IMG/VR virus record: IMGVR_UViG_3300045994_000055
Location: 32,001 to 96,000 of that record
DNA from: a virus
DNA length: 64,000 nucleotides
Strand: one strand, 5' to 3'
Shown: positions 50,682 through 58,965 of the stretch, piece by piece
How positions within the stretch are numbered: the stretch's first letter is position 1
Layout of the letters: the number at the start of each line of letters is the position of its first letter
Program-made: the position numbers and the translations under genes
The notes under the pieces: model-generated
Told to the model about the DNA's origin: nothing
Seen by the model: only the letters and a program-made list of their open reading frames with translations
Database searches by the model: none

Positions 50682-52589
50682 ATGGAACAAGACAAACACG
50701 TATGGTCAGCTGAGACCATGGTAGCAAACACTGCTAAACCACGACGTAAAAACGTAAATCCCGTAATATACGAACACAACGTTACTAGGAAAACTAGGCT
50801 TACTCTAGTTATGATGGGTTGTTGGGGCGTATACTTTGCACCTTATAACATCGCTAGGTTATCTGCCTTAACTAAAGAAGCAGGCTATGCTACTAGATCC
50901 TTTGATTTCAACGTAGACTTGTATACCACATTCAAATCTAATGGCTTAGACAAAGCGTGGGACTCTATCAATTACTATTGGTGGAACGATGGCAACTACC
51001 AAGACAAATTGCACGATGCGGCATTGCCTCATTATGCTGCTTACTTAGACAAGATTGTGGCATCAAATCCTACCGTTGTTGGATTTAGCATTTACGACAC
51101 AAACAAAGTACCTACGTATTGGATGATACGTGAACTTAAGAAACGCTTGCCATTTGTGCTAGTTATTGCAGGTGGACCATCCTGCCACAATCCAGAGTAT
51201 GAGGCAATAGACGAAATTGATTACTACGTTGTTGGTGAGGGAGAGCAAATCCTGTTAGACATGCTTGAGAACTTTGAAAACAACGTACTGCCAGAGACTA
51301 AGAAACTAGGTACCTCGTACAGTGATTCCCGCGTTGATATTGATAGCTTGCCTTTCCCTGACTACAGCGAATTTGATTTGTCTTTGTATACAAACGGTAC
51401 GGGCGTTAGCGCAGAGATCAGCCGCGGCTGTGTGGCTAAGTGTAGCTTCTGCACAGAGACTTGGTTCTGGAAGTTTAGAGACCGCCAAGCTAACCGCATA
51501 TTGGACGAAGTAGAAGACCAAATTAAGAACTACGGTATCACCTATGTATGGTTTATTGATAGCTTAGTTAACGGCAATCTCAAAGAGTTGCGCACGTTTG
51601 CAAAAGGCGCCATTGAGAAGCAGTTCAATATTAGTTGGATGGGGTATGTACGCTGTGACGGGCGTATGGATGCAGATTACTTCAAAGACTTAAAGGACAG
51701 CGGCGCCCACTATCTAAGCTTTGGCGTTGAAAGCGGCTCACAAAAAGTACTGGACTTAATGAAGAAGAAGGTTATGGTCTCTGAGATAGATGCCAACATG
51801 CGCGATTGTAAAAACGCAGGCATTACTGTGCATGTTAACTGGATAGTAGGCTTTCCTAATGAGAACATCAAAGCACACAATGACAGCTTGATACTACTGT
51901 GGAACAACCGTAACTACATGGATCTAATAAGCACGGGCATGACATTGGGCGATAGCAGAGGAACAGACTTTGAGTTCAACCGAGAGCAATACAGCATGAG
52001 CAATTGGGACGACAAGTTTTGGGGATGGTGGTATTCTAAAGATCTGAGTAATACAAAAGTGCACAGGCTTGTGAGAATGAAACTGCTTAATATCTGGCTA
52101 GACATTTGCTATAATAACGGCGTGTTATTCAATACTCAGCGCCGCGACATTGACTCGCACTATACACTATCTAAGCTAAAGTTAGTTAACCCGCCAGACA
52201 ATATTACGCTAGATGATTTTGACTTCAACATTATCAAAACTGATCTTGGTAATTTTGCTGACACGCTAATGAATGAGATATGGGCATTTTTACGGCTAAT
52301 GTATAGAGTAGCTGGTGGCTTTGAGATTACACTGCGTTTCAACCGCGAGGAAGACTTAGTCGCATTTGGTGACGTTATGATGGTTGACCGTTACGATGCA
52401 ACATACAACTTTAGTATAACTGATGACGGTGAGTGGAATGCAGACTTTGTATTTGCGTTGCAAGACAACGACGAATGGCGCTTACCTATACACCCAGACA
52501 AAAGCTTTACACATCACTATGTAGGAACGGGGCAGTGGACCAATGCCCAAACTGCCCTGAACAAAAAGATAATATGGATTCAATCTTAA
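50682..52589 (+). CDS. Cobalamin-binding (class B-like) radical SAM protein
   Basis: VGFS...AGGP...VVGEGE B12-binding domain; SRGCVAKCSFC; GVESGSQKVL; IVGFP.E. Confidence 0.88.
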   Translation: MEQDKHVWSAETMVANTAKPRRKNVNPVIYEHNVTRKTRLTLVMMGCWGVYFAPYNIARLSALTKEAGYATRSFDFNVDLYTTFKSNGLDKAWDSINYYWWNDGNYQDKLHDAALPHYAAYLDKIVASNPTVVGFSIYDTNKVPTYWMIRELKKRLPFVLVIAGGPSCHNPEYEAIDEIDYYVVGEGEQILLDMLENFENNVLPETKKLGTSYSDSRVDIDSLPFPDYSEFDLSLYTNGTGVSAEISRGCVAKCSFCTETWFWKFRDRQANRILDEVEDQIKNYGITYVWFIDSLVNGNLKELRTFAKGAIEKQFNISWMGYVRCDGRMDADYFKDLKDSGAHYLSFGVESGSQKVLDLMKKKVMVSEIDANMRDCKNAGITVHVNWIVGFPNENIKAHNDSLILLWNNRNYMDLISTGMTLGDSRGTDFEFNREQYSMSNWDDKFWGWWYSKDLSNTKVHRLVRMKLLNIWLDICYNNGVLFNTQRRDIDSHYTLSKLKLVNPPDNITLDDFDFNIIKTDLGNFADTLMNEIWAFLRLMYRVAGGFEITLRFNREEDLVAFGDVMMVDRYDATYNFSITDDGEWNADFVFALQDNDEWRLPIHPDKSFTHHYVGTGQWTNAQTALNKKIIWIQS

Positions 52590-52747
52590 GTATACTTCAA
52601 AAGTAAGAAGCTAACAAGCTCATCCTTCTCTACTGTGATCTCGTACCCGTTAACTAATTTGGTAAACGGGTAGTGCTTAATCTTATTCTCTTGCAAATAT
52701 TTAAGCACTGCGGTTACGTCACTCTTCGGAATCGTCAGACTCATCAT
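52586..52747 (-). CDS. Small hypothetical protein
   Basis: MMSLTIPKSD...LLKYT, overlapping the 3' end of the upstream gene. Confidence 0.5.
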   Translation of the reverse strand: MMSLTIPKSDVTAVLKYLQENKIKHYPFTKLVNGYEITVEKDELVSFLLLKYT

Positions 52748-53291
52748 AATACTCATCCTCGTCAAAGTAGTCAACGTTCTTAGTAACCGCCTCATCATAC
52801 ATTTTATAGTACGGCTCGTTCGGCATCAACTCACGCAAGTCCTTTACAGTGAGCAACAGTGCAGTCAACTCATCCTTCTTGTGTACATCAGTTACATAGA
52901 AAGTAGTAGTGCAAACACCACCAATAGTTTTTATGGGCCCATGCTTAACCTCTAAGCTTTGTAACGAGTCCTGCAACTGCTTGCCCCACTTAGTAATAAC
53001 ACGGGTAATGCCCTTAGCGGTATTGCGCAAAACACTCTTATCGTGATTCGTCGCAGAACGTATTGTCGCCTCGTTATTGTCGTCTATCGTCAAGTGACAG
53101 TCCTTGAACTTAAAGCTACCTTTGGTGTGCGGGTTATCCTTAGTCTCTTTAGTGCTCCAAGGCATGTTACATTCAACGTGCTCGACGTAGTATGTTTTGC
53201 CTTTAGTTTTGATAACCCACATTGGGATAGTGGGGTCTTCTAAGTGCTTCTTGTTGAAGTGAAACACAACTTCTTTACAAACCATTTCCAT
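52719..53291 (-). CDS. Hypothetical phage protein
   Basis: 190-aa ORF with GGAG SD, starting 1 nt after the stop of the Pth2-like gene; acidic tail. Confidence 0.75.
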   Translation of the reverse strand: MEMVCKEVVFHFNKKHLEDPTIPMWVIKTKGKTYYVEHVECNMPWSTKETKDNPHTKGSFKFKDCHLTIDDNNEATIRSATNHDKSVLRNTAKGITRVITKWGKQLQDSLQSLEVKHGPIKTIGGVCTTTFYVTDVHKKDELTALLLTVKDLRELMPNEPYYKMYDEAVTKNVDYFDEDEYYDESDDSEE

Positions 53292-53292
53292 T

Positions 53293-53667
53293 TTATTCTC
53301 CTTTATCCATTATGCTGTATGCTTTGCTTGCACGGAATTTGTACAAACTAAACTTCTTGAAAATTTCCTTTTGCTCTTCGTAGTAGATAGGTTCAGTCGT
53401 AAGACTTGTAAACCCTGTCTCATAGTCAGGCTCGTGGAACATGTGAAATTTAATGCCGTTGTTGATCAAGTGATCACCGGCCTTCATCAACGCTGCTTCG
53501 TTCTTAGCCTCTAGTAATACTAGGAACGTGTTTGTTGTTGGATTTCGATTCTTGAAATCCCGCCCGGATTCCTGTGCGGAATGGGCAGCTTGCACAATTT
53601 GAGTCTCGATTGGTAAGTCCGAGCGAATAAAGGTGTAGCAGTAGTGTTTGCCGTCTATCTATTTCAT
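53293..53667 (-). CDS. Pth2-like peptidyl-tRNA hydrolase with an in-frame amber codon at codon 3
   Basis: AGGAG-8 nt-ATG AAA TAG ATA GAC...; YTFIRSDL...QAAH...LVLL...F.EPD...TS...P are Pth2-family motifs; the RSDL motif lies upstream of the track's GTG start. Confidence 0.75.
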
Positions 53668-53696
53668 TTTGATTTCTCCTTGGTTAAAATGATCGT

Positions 53697-53785
53697 AAAA
53701 AAGCCCGTACGAGAACTCTTCCTCTAATTGGAAGCTCTGGTCCGGGCTAAAAGGGTAATAGTTAATCTATTGCATTATGTATTTA
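53697..53785 (-). promoter_or_regulatory. TAAATA promoter and structured leader/terminator upstream of the Pth2-like gene
   Basis: tattta at 53780-53785; agcccg(53702-53707)/cgggct(53743-53748) with inner cttcc/ggaag, ending in a U-run. Confidence 0.55.
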
Positions 53786-53796
53786 GTCTAGCACAA

Positions 53797-54681
53797 TTAC
53801 GCGAAGATTTCAAGTGCTGTGCCGCATTCTGTACAAAATTTTGCATTCGCTTTGTTCATTTTGCCGCAAGTAGTGCACTTTGGCTTTGCTTTTACTGTAA
53901 CTGGTAGCAGCACGGGCTTATTGTCAGGGGTTTCACCCAACAGTTTAAGCACAATGGAATGCTTTTCTGGCAGCACTGGGAACCAGCTTGCAGTAGCAAA
54001 CTTTTGATCGCTCTTGGAACCAGCAACGGTGATGCCAGCATCGTTATAGCTTACGTTCTGTGCTTGCGCAGTCACATTGTTCAACGATGCATTGGTAACG
54101 GATGCGGAAGCACCAGACGCAAGTACACTGCGAGCAATGCTCGACTTGAATGGTACTGGCTCATTGCTGCTGAAGGTGGCGTCACCGCTGCTCCATTGTG
54201 CATTGTTAACTTGGGAGATGGTGTTACCTAGTCCCTTGAAAATCATTCCATCTTGGCGCAAGCCAGTATGTTGCTGCTTCCACACGTTTTGTTGGTAGTC
54301 CCAAATCGTAGTTCCAGCGAATGTAATTGGTAGGTGTTCGAACTGATACGAGATGTTGATGATACCGTCTTCGATACCAATGCCCTTATGTGCTTCGATT
54401 TGTGCAGTGCGCTCAATGAATTTGAACTTATTGCCTGCTGAGAGGTTGCCGTTCTTGATCCAGCGTTCCAAATCAATGGTTTGTCCTGCGAGCAGCACTA
54501 AGCCGCCAGGACAGACATCAGTACCGTCAAGCGTAATGTTTACGATGGCGCGGACCGTGTTGAGATTTTTAAGAACTATGGAGTATTCTGAGCCGAATGG
54601 GATATAAACTGTATCCTTGAACTCACGTAAGATTTTGCCGTTAGCTTTTAGGCTCGCAACGAGCTTTTGATTGTACATCAT
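53797..54681 (-). CDS. Hypothetical protein with C-terminal zinc ribbon
   Basis: CTTCG...FCTECG; AAGGA SD; TAAATA at 54759-54764. Confidence 0.8.
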   Translation of the reverse strand: MMYNQKLVASLKANGKILREFKDTVYIPFGSEYSIVLKNLNTVRAIVNITLDGTDVCPGGLVLLAGQTIDLERWIKNGNLSAGNKFKFIERTAQIEAHKGIGIEDGIINISYQFEHLPITFAGTTIWDYQQNVWKQQHTGLRQDGMIFKGLGNTISQVNNAQWSSGDATFSSNEPVPFKSSIARSVLASGASASVTNASLNNVTAQAQNVSYNDAGITVAGSKSDQKFATASWFPVLPEKHSIVLKLLGETPDNKPVLLPVTVKAKPKCTTCGKMNKANAKFCTECGTALEIFA

Positions 54682-54761
54682 TATGTTTCCTTTTTACTGC
54701 TTTGGACTACAAGCACAATTTATTAAAGTCCAGATTTGCTACAACCGAGTAACAAAAATAT

Positions 54762-55154
54762 TTATCTCGGCAGCACGACGTGCAGACGAAACTTTTTCCT
54801 AGCATAGCGCACAGTAGCCCAAGTACCAGATCGTACTTCTTCTACGCTGCGCATTGGGGCAGCAAACAAAAACTCGCATTCATCTACGATGTTCTTGTCC
54901 CGCGTCAAGTAATCAAATTGGGGTCTTAACTCATCACCCACACAATATGCACGAGCTATCTGTGCTTTTGGTGGGTGAACTACGATTCTGGCATCTGGGA
55001 ACGAGTTTTGGACTATCATGTGTGCCTCAGCGTCTGCGCCCATGCAATCACCATGATGAAACTCAGTCATACCCATTTTACCGAGAAGCATGTAAAAGCT
55101 TTCGACTTGGGAATCACTCATTCCTTCTCTCGAACCAGTAAATCCAATTTTCAT
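54762..55154 (-). CDS. SLOG-superfamily (DprA/YspA-like) protein
   Basis: IGFTGSR, HHGDCMGAD, R.KNIV, SGTWATVRYA motifs. Confidence 0.75.
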   Translation of the reverse strand: MKIGFTGSREGMSDSQVESFYMLLGKMGMTEFHHGDCMGADAEAHMIVQNSFPDARIVVHPPKAQIARAYCVGDELRPQFDYLTRDKNIVDECEFLFAAPMRSVEEVRSGTWATVRYARKKFRLHVVLPR

Positions 55155-55163
55155 AGTGTCCTT

Positions 55164-55240
55164 TGGTGCGTTATCCCGGATTCGAACCGAGCACCGTCGA
55201 GTTTAGAAGTCGCCGCTCTAACCAAATGAGCTAATAACGC
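55164..55240 (-). tRNA. tRNA with CUA anticodon (amber-suppressor type), atypical anticodon stem
   Basis: GCGTTAT/ATAACGC acceptor stem, GCTC/GAGC D-stem, TTCGAAT T-loop, A73 and encoded CCA; anticodon loop TT-CTA-AA (CTA at 55204-55206). Confidence 0.85.
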
Positions 55241-55248
55241 ATAGATCC

Positions 55249-55277
55249 AGTGTACATTAAATGCATTATTCTGTAAA
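55249..55277 (-). promoter_or_regulatory. Sigma70-type promoter for the tRNA and SLOG gene
   Basis: TTTACA-17 nt-TACACT ending 8 nt before tRNA position 1. Confidence 0.65.
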
Positions 55278-55372
55278 CATAAATGGCTAAATATCTGGTT
55301 CGCTCTTAAATGAGAGCTCGTGCGAGTAGCCACTCCGCGGGGCTTAGAACGCTCACAACAAAGGAAAATAAA

Positions 55373-55843
55373 ATGGCAAAAGGTATTAAAGTAGCAAATC
55401 AAGCACCAGCAGCACCATTGGGCAGCACAGTAGACGGCTTAGTCAGCGCAGACCAAGGTCAAGCGTCTGGTTTTGGTGGTACGGGTGGCGTTAGTAACAC
55501 AGTTAACGGCAAGGGCGTTAAGACAATAGACGTACAATACAAGACATTGGCTGGTGTAGCAGTTGCACACGGCTTCGTTATCAATCAAAAGGGTTCTGCA
55601 AAGTTCTTAGTTGATGATTCCGCAGCAGCAGGTACTCATATCACTGTAGTTCAACTTGTAAACAAAGCCGCTGGCGCATTAGCAGCAGGCGAAGCAAGCA
55701 TTGCTTGTTACGACACAGCAAGCGCACCTTTCTACGCTCGTCGTATCAGCACAAAGCACGTTTATGACTTCGCAGGCAACAAGTTTATGTACAAGGTTAA
55801 CACCCCAGCTACATCAGCTTACGCTAACGTAGCATCTTACTAA
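55373..55843 (+). CDS. Probable abundant virion protein (e.g. head decoration)
   Basis: AAGGA SD and ATG at 55373; own TAAATA (55288-55293) and terminator; biased codon use like gp23. Confidence 0.6.
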   Translation: MAKGIKVANQAPAAPLGSTVDGLVSADQGQASGFGGTGGVSNTVNGKGVKTIDVQYKTLAGVAVAHGFVINQKGSAKFLVDDSAAAGTHITVVQLVNKAAGALAAGEASIACYDTASAPFYARRISTKHVYDFAGNKFMYKVNTPATSAYANVASY

Positions 55844-55844
55844 G

Positions 55845-55871
55845 AAAAGGGCGACTTTAGGGTCGCTTTTT
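55845..55871 (+). terminator. Intrinsic terminator
   Basis: gggcgact-ttag-ggtcgctt followed by a T-run. Confidence 0.75.
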
Positions 55872-55918
55872 CACGACTTTTTTATCAGCATAAATATCTA
55901 ATAACGGAAGAATTACCC

Positions 55919-56602
55919 ATGAGTAAAGGCATTAGATATAACGGCGATTATAGTATTACCGCGGCAGACGCTACTGGTAATCTCATTGTGACTGTGGATA
56001 CAATGACGATTCACGGCAACCTGAATGTCATTGGTAATGTAAGTGAAATTACATCTAATAATAGTGCTGTGTCTGATAATTTTATCACCCTGAATGCAGG
56101 TGAGACCGCAGCAGGCGTTACATTGGGCACAGCTGGTATCGACGTAGATCGTGGGTCACTAGCCAGAACTGCAATTCGTTGGAATGAAAACAGACCCACA
56201 GGCCCTGCACGTTGGGAACTAACTAACGACGGTACAACTTGGGGTGGCATTTCTACCATAACCAGCTCAGGTGCATCGTTTGCGTTGATTGATGACTTAA
56301 ACCCGCAACTAGGTGCAAATCTAGATGTATTGGGCCGCACTATTTTTAGTTCAAACAATGAAGTAGTTATATTTGGTATGAGTGCAGGAAATTTAATCCC
56401 TGCTGGCACTTACGGTTCGGGCATTGCAATTCAAAATACTCCTGTCGTTCCGTCGGCTATTACAGATCATACTGTAATCTACTCACAAGAACCGCAAAAT
56501 GGTGGCGCCGGCTTATATGTAACAACTAACCCAGCCAACCCAGTGCAAGAAGAATTAATAACCAAAGCTAAGGCAATTGCTTATGCTTTGATTTTCAGAT
56601 AA
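55919..56602 (+). CDS. Tail-fibre-related structural protein
   Basis: GNLNVIG...DNFITLN...AGIDVDRG and PQLGANLD motifs; TAAATA upstream. Confidence 0.65.
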   Translation: MSKGIRYNGDYSITAADATGNLIVTVDTMTIHGNLNVIGNVSEITSNNSAVSDNFITLNAGETAAGVTLGTAGIDVDRGSLARTAIRWNENRPTGPARWELTNDGTTWGGISTITSSGASFALIDDLNPQLGANLDVLGRTIFSSNNEVVIFGMSAGNLIPAGTYGSGIAIQNTPVVPSAITDHTVIYSQEPQNGGAGLYVTTNPANPVQEELITKAKAIAYALIFR

Positions 56603-56611
56603 GGAACAACA

Positions 56612-56938
56612 ATGTTAACAAGCGTATTATTACCAATCACTCCGACAAGCATTATTGCGGGCACTCCTACTGAAGGTGTGGCATTAACTTGCATTCAAGC
56701 TTGCAATAACACAAATATTGCAGGTACGCCCCAAACGTTAACACTAAGCGTGTATGCAGTGCCGGCAGGTCGTTCAGCAGACGCGACAACATTAATTTAT
56801 AGTGAAATTGAAATTACGGCAGGCGATTCATACATAGTCGATCAAGAGCGTATGGTATTAGGTAACGGTGACTCTATATGGGCCAAAGCTTCAATAGCGG
56901 GAGCGTTAGTTTTCACAGTTAGCTCAGTGGGTATCTAA
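56612..56938 (+). CDS. Small structural protein
   Basis: AAGGA SD; beta-rich, ERMVLGNGD. Confidence 0.65.
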   Translation: MLTSVLLPITPTSIIAGTPTEGVALTCIQACNNTNIAGTPQTLTLSVYAVPAGRSADATTLIYSEIEITAGDSYIVDQERMVLGNGDSIWAKASIAGALVFTVSSVGI

Positions 56939-56939
56939 A

Positions 56940-57395
56940 ATGGGTCGTTATTTAAAAAACGTTAAGCTACAAACAGGAGCAAATAAAGCTATTCAAGTTC
57001 CGTTGTCTACGTCTGCTGGTGGTCCACAGGTACCACAAGACGGTATGATCCGCTTCAATACCACTCTAAATCAACTTGAGTGGTTCTATAATGGGCAATG
57101 GTGGGATGTAGCTAACCGCGGTACAGTAGACATCATCATTGAGACTCACACTGGCAACGAATTTGTTGGTACTGATGTAGGCTACGATCTTCAACTCAAT
57201 AATCAAGCTAATTATATAACAGACTTTATGGTGTTTATTGGTGGGGTTTATCAGATCCCCGGCGTGCATTACACCTTCGCTGTCCCATCGACATTGACTT
57301 TAGTAAGCGCACCGCCAACAGTTGACTCTGCAGGTAACGCTAACTACATAACTATAGTGTTTAACTTGAATTCTACCAATGCAGTATACGGCTAA
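56940..57395 (+). CDS. Structural protein
   Basis: GMIRFNTT...E.YNG.W and VFIGGVYQ.P motifs of phage fibre modules. Confidence 0.65.
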   Translation: MGRYLKNVKLQTGANKAIQVPLSTSAGGPQVPQDGMIRFNTTLNQLEWFYNGQWWDVANRGTVDIIIETHTGNEFVGTDVGYDLQLNNQANYITDFMVFIGGVYQIPGVHYTFAVPSTLTLVSAPPTVDSAGNANYITIVFNLNSTNAVYG

Positions 57396-57427
57396 GAAGC
57401 AAATAAATATAAAAACGGAGCGTTAAC

Positions 57428-58885
57428 ATGGCAATTGGAAGAATATCGGGACAAATGTTGTCGTCTAGCTTGGACAGACAAAGCAATCTGACCTTTATCA
57501 ACAACACAACCACGTTAATGCATTTGGATTTTTCGGGGTCTAAGGTAGGTATTAACACAGATAATGTCACCGAAACTCTTACTGTCAAAGGTAAAATAGG
57601 AACAGATGATAGCGAAGGCGGTGGGGTATTAATTAACGGTACTACTATTTCAGCCAAAGCCAATCGTATCTTATACGTAGGCAGCGAGGTCGCCCTAGGC
57701 GATTTGAGTACGGTGTACATCAATGGCGGCAGCAATTTAGACATTATTACTACGGATGGTAGTGGAACGTTGACTTGGACAAGCGCAAATGTATGGTTGG
57801 CTAACAGCAACTTCTTGCAAGACTTAACCATCAATGGTGCCACTTTATCAACAAGTGTAACTAACGGTAATGTAACTATCCAAGGCAACGGGACTGGCCT
57901 AGTTACATCGCCAAACATGTACGTAGGCAATTTAAATGCTGGATACTTTCTGTCTAACGATATAAATGGCGTAATGTACGGAGTAGTGAACGGCGTTTTG
58001 AACGGTGATGTGCTAACACCAGCACAGCCATTCATAACAAGCGTTGGTACATTGACTGGTTTAACAACGTCGGGTAACATTTATGCCCCGTTTGTAAATG
58101 CACAGCTACGCGGCGCTCTTTATACGAATAACATATACGATGTTAATGGAAATTTAACAATACACACGCAACCAGGTGCTGTGCTAACTATTGACAGTAC
58201 AGCAGCACAAGTTATACCAGTGGGTAGTACAGCCCAACGCCCTACGGGCCCATTGGGATCATTTAGGTATAACACAGAATCCAATGCTCCGGAGTATTTT
58301 AACGGTACATCTTGGGTCAGTATGAAATCTGAAGTGTCTACACAGTCACTTTACGGAAACAACTCGCAAGATACATTCTTGCTAAACTATCACACCACAC
58401 AAGATAGTATCATTGTAAGTATTAACGGTACAGTTCAACAACCAGGAATTGCTTATGCCGTTGATCCTAACTCTGCCAACTACATTCTCTTTACCGAAGT
58501 ACCAAAATCAGGTGATACTATAGAAGTTCGGTTCTTGTCTACGGCGCCAATGGTAGAGATGGCGCAACAAAACTCGATTACGGTAGTTTCCCCAACTATT
58601 AGTTATGGCACCTCCCCAGTAATCATTGACGAGTTCAAAATGGTTGATTATAGATCCGCAAAATATACAGTTACGGCACAAGCAGCTAACGGCGACTTAA
58701 ATATGTCTGAAGTTATGGTTATGCATGACGGAATTACGTCTACAGCTACACAGACTGCAACAGCAGGTACGGCAAATGTGGTTGCCTATACTACCACTGT
58801 AGCTGCTGGTAATGTACGACTATTAGCGCAATCGGCGCTTTCTGGTGCCTCATTGAAATTGTATAAACTTTACTTCCCACTTTAA
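57428..58885 (+). CDS. Tail fibre-like protein
   Basis: P.GSTAQRP...RYNT...EYFNG..W; INGTVQQP; YRSAKY C-terminal module. Confidence 0.7.
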   Translation: MAIGRISGQMLSSSLDRQSNLTFINNTTTLMHLDFSGSKVGINTDNVTETLTVKGKIGTDDSEGGGVLINGTTISAKANRILYVGSEVALGDLSTVYINGGSNLDIITTDGSGTLTWTSANVWLANSNFLQDLTINGATLSTSVTNGNVTIQGNGTGLVTSPNMYVGNLNAGYFLSNDINGVMYGVVNGVLNGDVLTPAQPFITSVGTLTGLTTSGNIYAPFVNAQLRGALYTNNIYDVNGNLTIHTQPGAVLTIDSTAAQVIPVGSTAQRPTGPLGSFRYNTESNAPEYFNGTSWVSMKSEVSTQSLYGNNSQDTFLLNYHTTQDSIIVSINGTVQQPGIAYAVDPNSANYILFTEVPKSGDTIEVRFLSTAPMVEMAQQNSITVVSPTISYGTSPVIIDEFKMVDYRSAKYTVTAQAANGDLNMSEVMVMHDGITSTATQTATAGTANVVAYTTTVAAGNVRLLAQSALSGASLKLYKLYFPL

Positions 58886-58965
58886 AGTACGCACATTTTA
58901 AAAACCGCTGGTAATAGCCATATTAGCGACACGCAGCTAAATATGGATATAACTGGAGATAAAAG

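Noticed and set aside
53293-53667. Pth2-like gene as a simple pseudogene
   Set aside because: SD, spacing and motifs are intact with no other lesion, and a matching suppressor tRNA is nearby; a sequencing error cannot be excluded without reads
55164-55240. Reading the tRNA as Arg(UCU)
   Set aside because: That register leaves no position 26 and only two non-adjacent stem pairs; the stem is symmetric around CUA and A20 is absent. Not fully excluded
55151-55402. ORFs overlapping the tRNA, and the upstream ATG at 55310
   Set aside because: They overlap the tRNA and promoters; the SD-supported start of the plus-strand gene is 55373
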